Assembly: GCA_051530055.1 (NCBI GenBank)
Contig: CM121343.1
Location: 4,620,389 to 4,684,388, forward strand
From: Neoechinorhynchus agilis
Lineage: Eukaryota; Animalia; Acanthocephala
Direction: 5' to 3'
Length of the DNA stretch: 64,000 nt
This document shows positions 63,466 through 64,000 of the stretch, in pieces. Below the pieces are notes generated by a model. It was not told the DNA's origin and did no database searches. It saw nothing but the letters and a program-made list of their open reading frames with translations. Position 1 is the stretch's first letter. Each line of letters begins with the position of its first letter. The position numbers were made by a program, and so were the translations under genes.

Positions 63466-63944
63466 TCATGTTACTGGTGCGAAGGTCACTACGGGAAAGC
63501 CGTATTGACCCACAAACGAGCAGTTGTCACCAAATGCTTCCTGATTATTATCTCTTTGATCCATAACAAAACTGTCCTCATCAGTTTCCTCTACATGTCT
63601 AAAATGTACGATCCTAGATCCAAGACTATGTGCCTTCAGCATTGAGCCAGCAGATCTACACGAATGTAAAGGGTTTAAACCCTGTGAAATATTTACAGTG
63701 CTTCTAACGTTTTGATGTATTCAATAAATCCACTCTCTTCCTCTTGATCTTCCTCTAATTCAAAATCTCGTACTAAATGGAGGAAAAGAATATCATCGCA
63801 AATTTCGAATTGACTCACTTGAATAGTTAATTCCACGTTCCCGGATCAACATGCAAACAACTACCAGAAGTAGAAGCAAGATACTAATTGTTACGACAAC
63901 GCCGATAAACCACGAAGAACGGGAGATCTCAGTGCTCGTAAATT
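63466..63944 (-). CDS. L1CAM: L1CAM/neuroglian-family adhesion molecule, last three exons (63944-63819, 63772-63709, 63655-63466); the rest lies beyond the window
   Basis: Spliced in frame through 46- and 53-nt introns: SWFIGVVVTISILLLLLVVVCMLIRERGINYSIRDFE...ETDEDSFVMD...DNCSFVGQYG...VTFAPVT*. This matches the L1-family TM (GWFIG) and the DDSL..Y..F.EDGSFIGQY ankyrin-binding tail. Confidence 0.85.
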
Positions 63945-64000
63945 CTAAAGAATTAAATGTACGCAAACATTGTGAGTTTAAACAACATTAAAATGAACAA

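Overview
Eukaryotic nuclear DNA, AT-rich and gene-dense, from a compact-genome invertebrate animal. L1CAM/neuroglian, CDON/Ihog, Caskin and Bax-like genes point to a bilaterian; I cannot name the species. Recognisable genes: intronless RPB2 (cut by the left edge), LIN-9, Rab8-like, Nup54, EF1-gamma, STAM, an NDUFA11/Tim17-family gene, GOT1, a very divergent PRMT5-like locus, CDON/Ihog, SLC33A1, FNTA and a Caskin-like tandem-SAM gene. Two further genes are absent from the ORF track because short introns split them: a Bax-like gene at ~37.3-37.8 kb and the 3' end of an L1CAM-family gene at 63.5-63.9 kb. Introns cluster tightly at 44-48 nt and often have GTT donors. The mobile fraction comprises CRE-type non-LTR retroelements (4 pieces), an RTE remnant, a gypsy-like gag remnant, two tRNA-derived SINE types, several Penelope-like element (PLE) fragments and four tandem-repeat arrays (110, 73, 47 and 175 bp). 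The most interesting signal is a set of PLE-derived minimal hammerhead-ribozyme motifs from at least two and probably three families. They include a 147-bp ORF-less palindrome carrying two head-to-head hammerheads of the U3-A8 variant and a 320-bp inverted repeat with a hammerhead-like motif in each arm. All calls were made by eye, without database searches or folding software.
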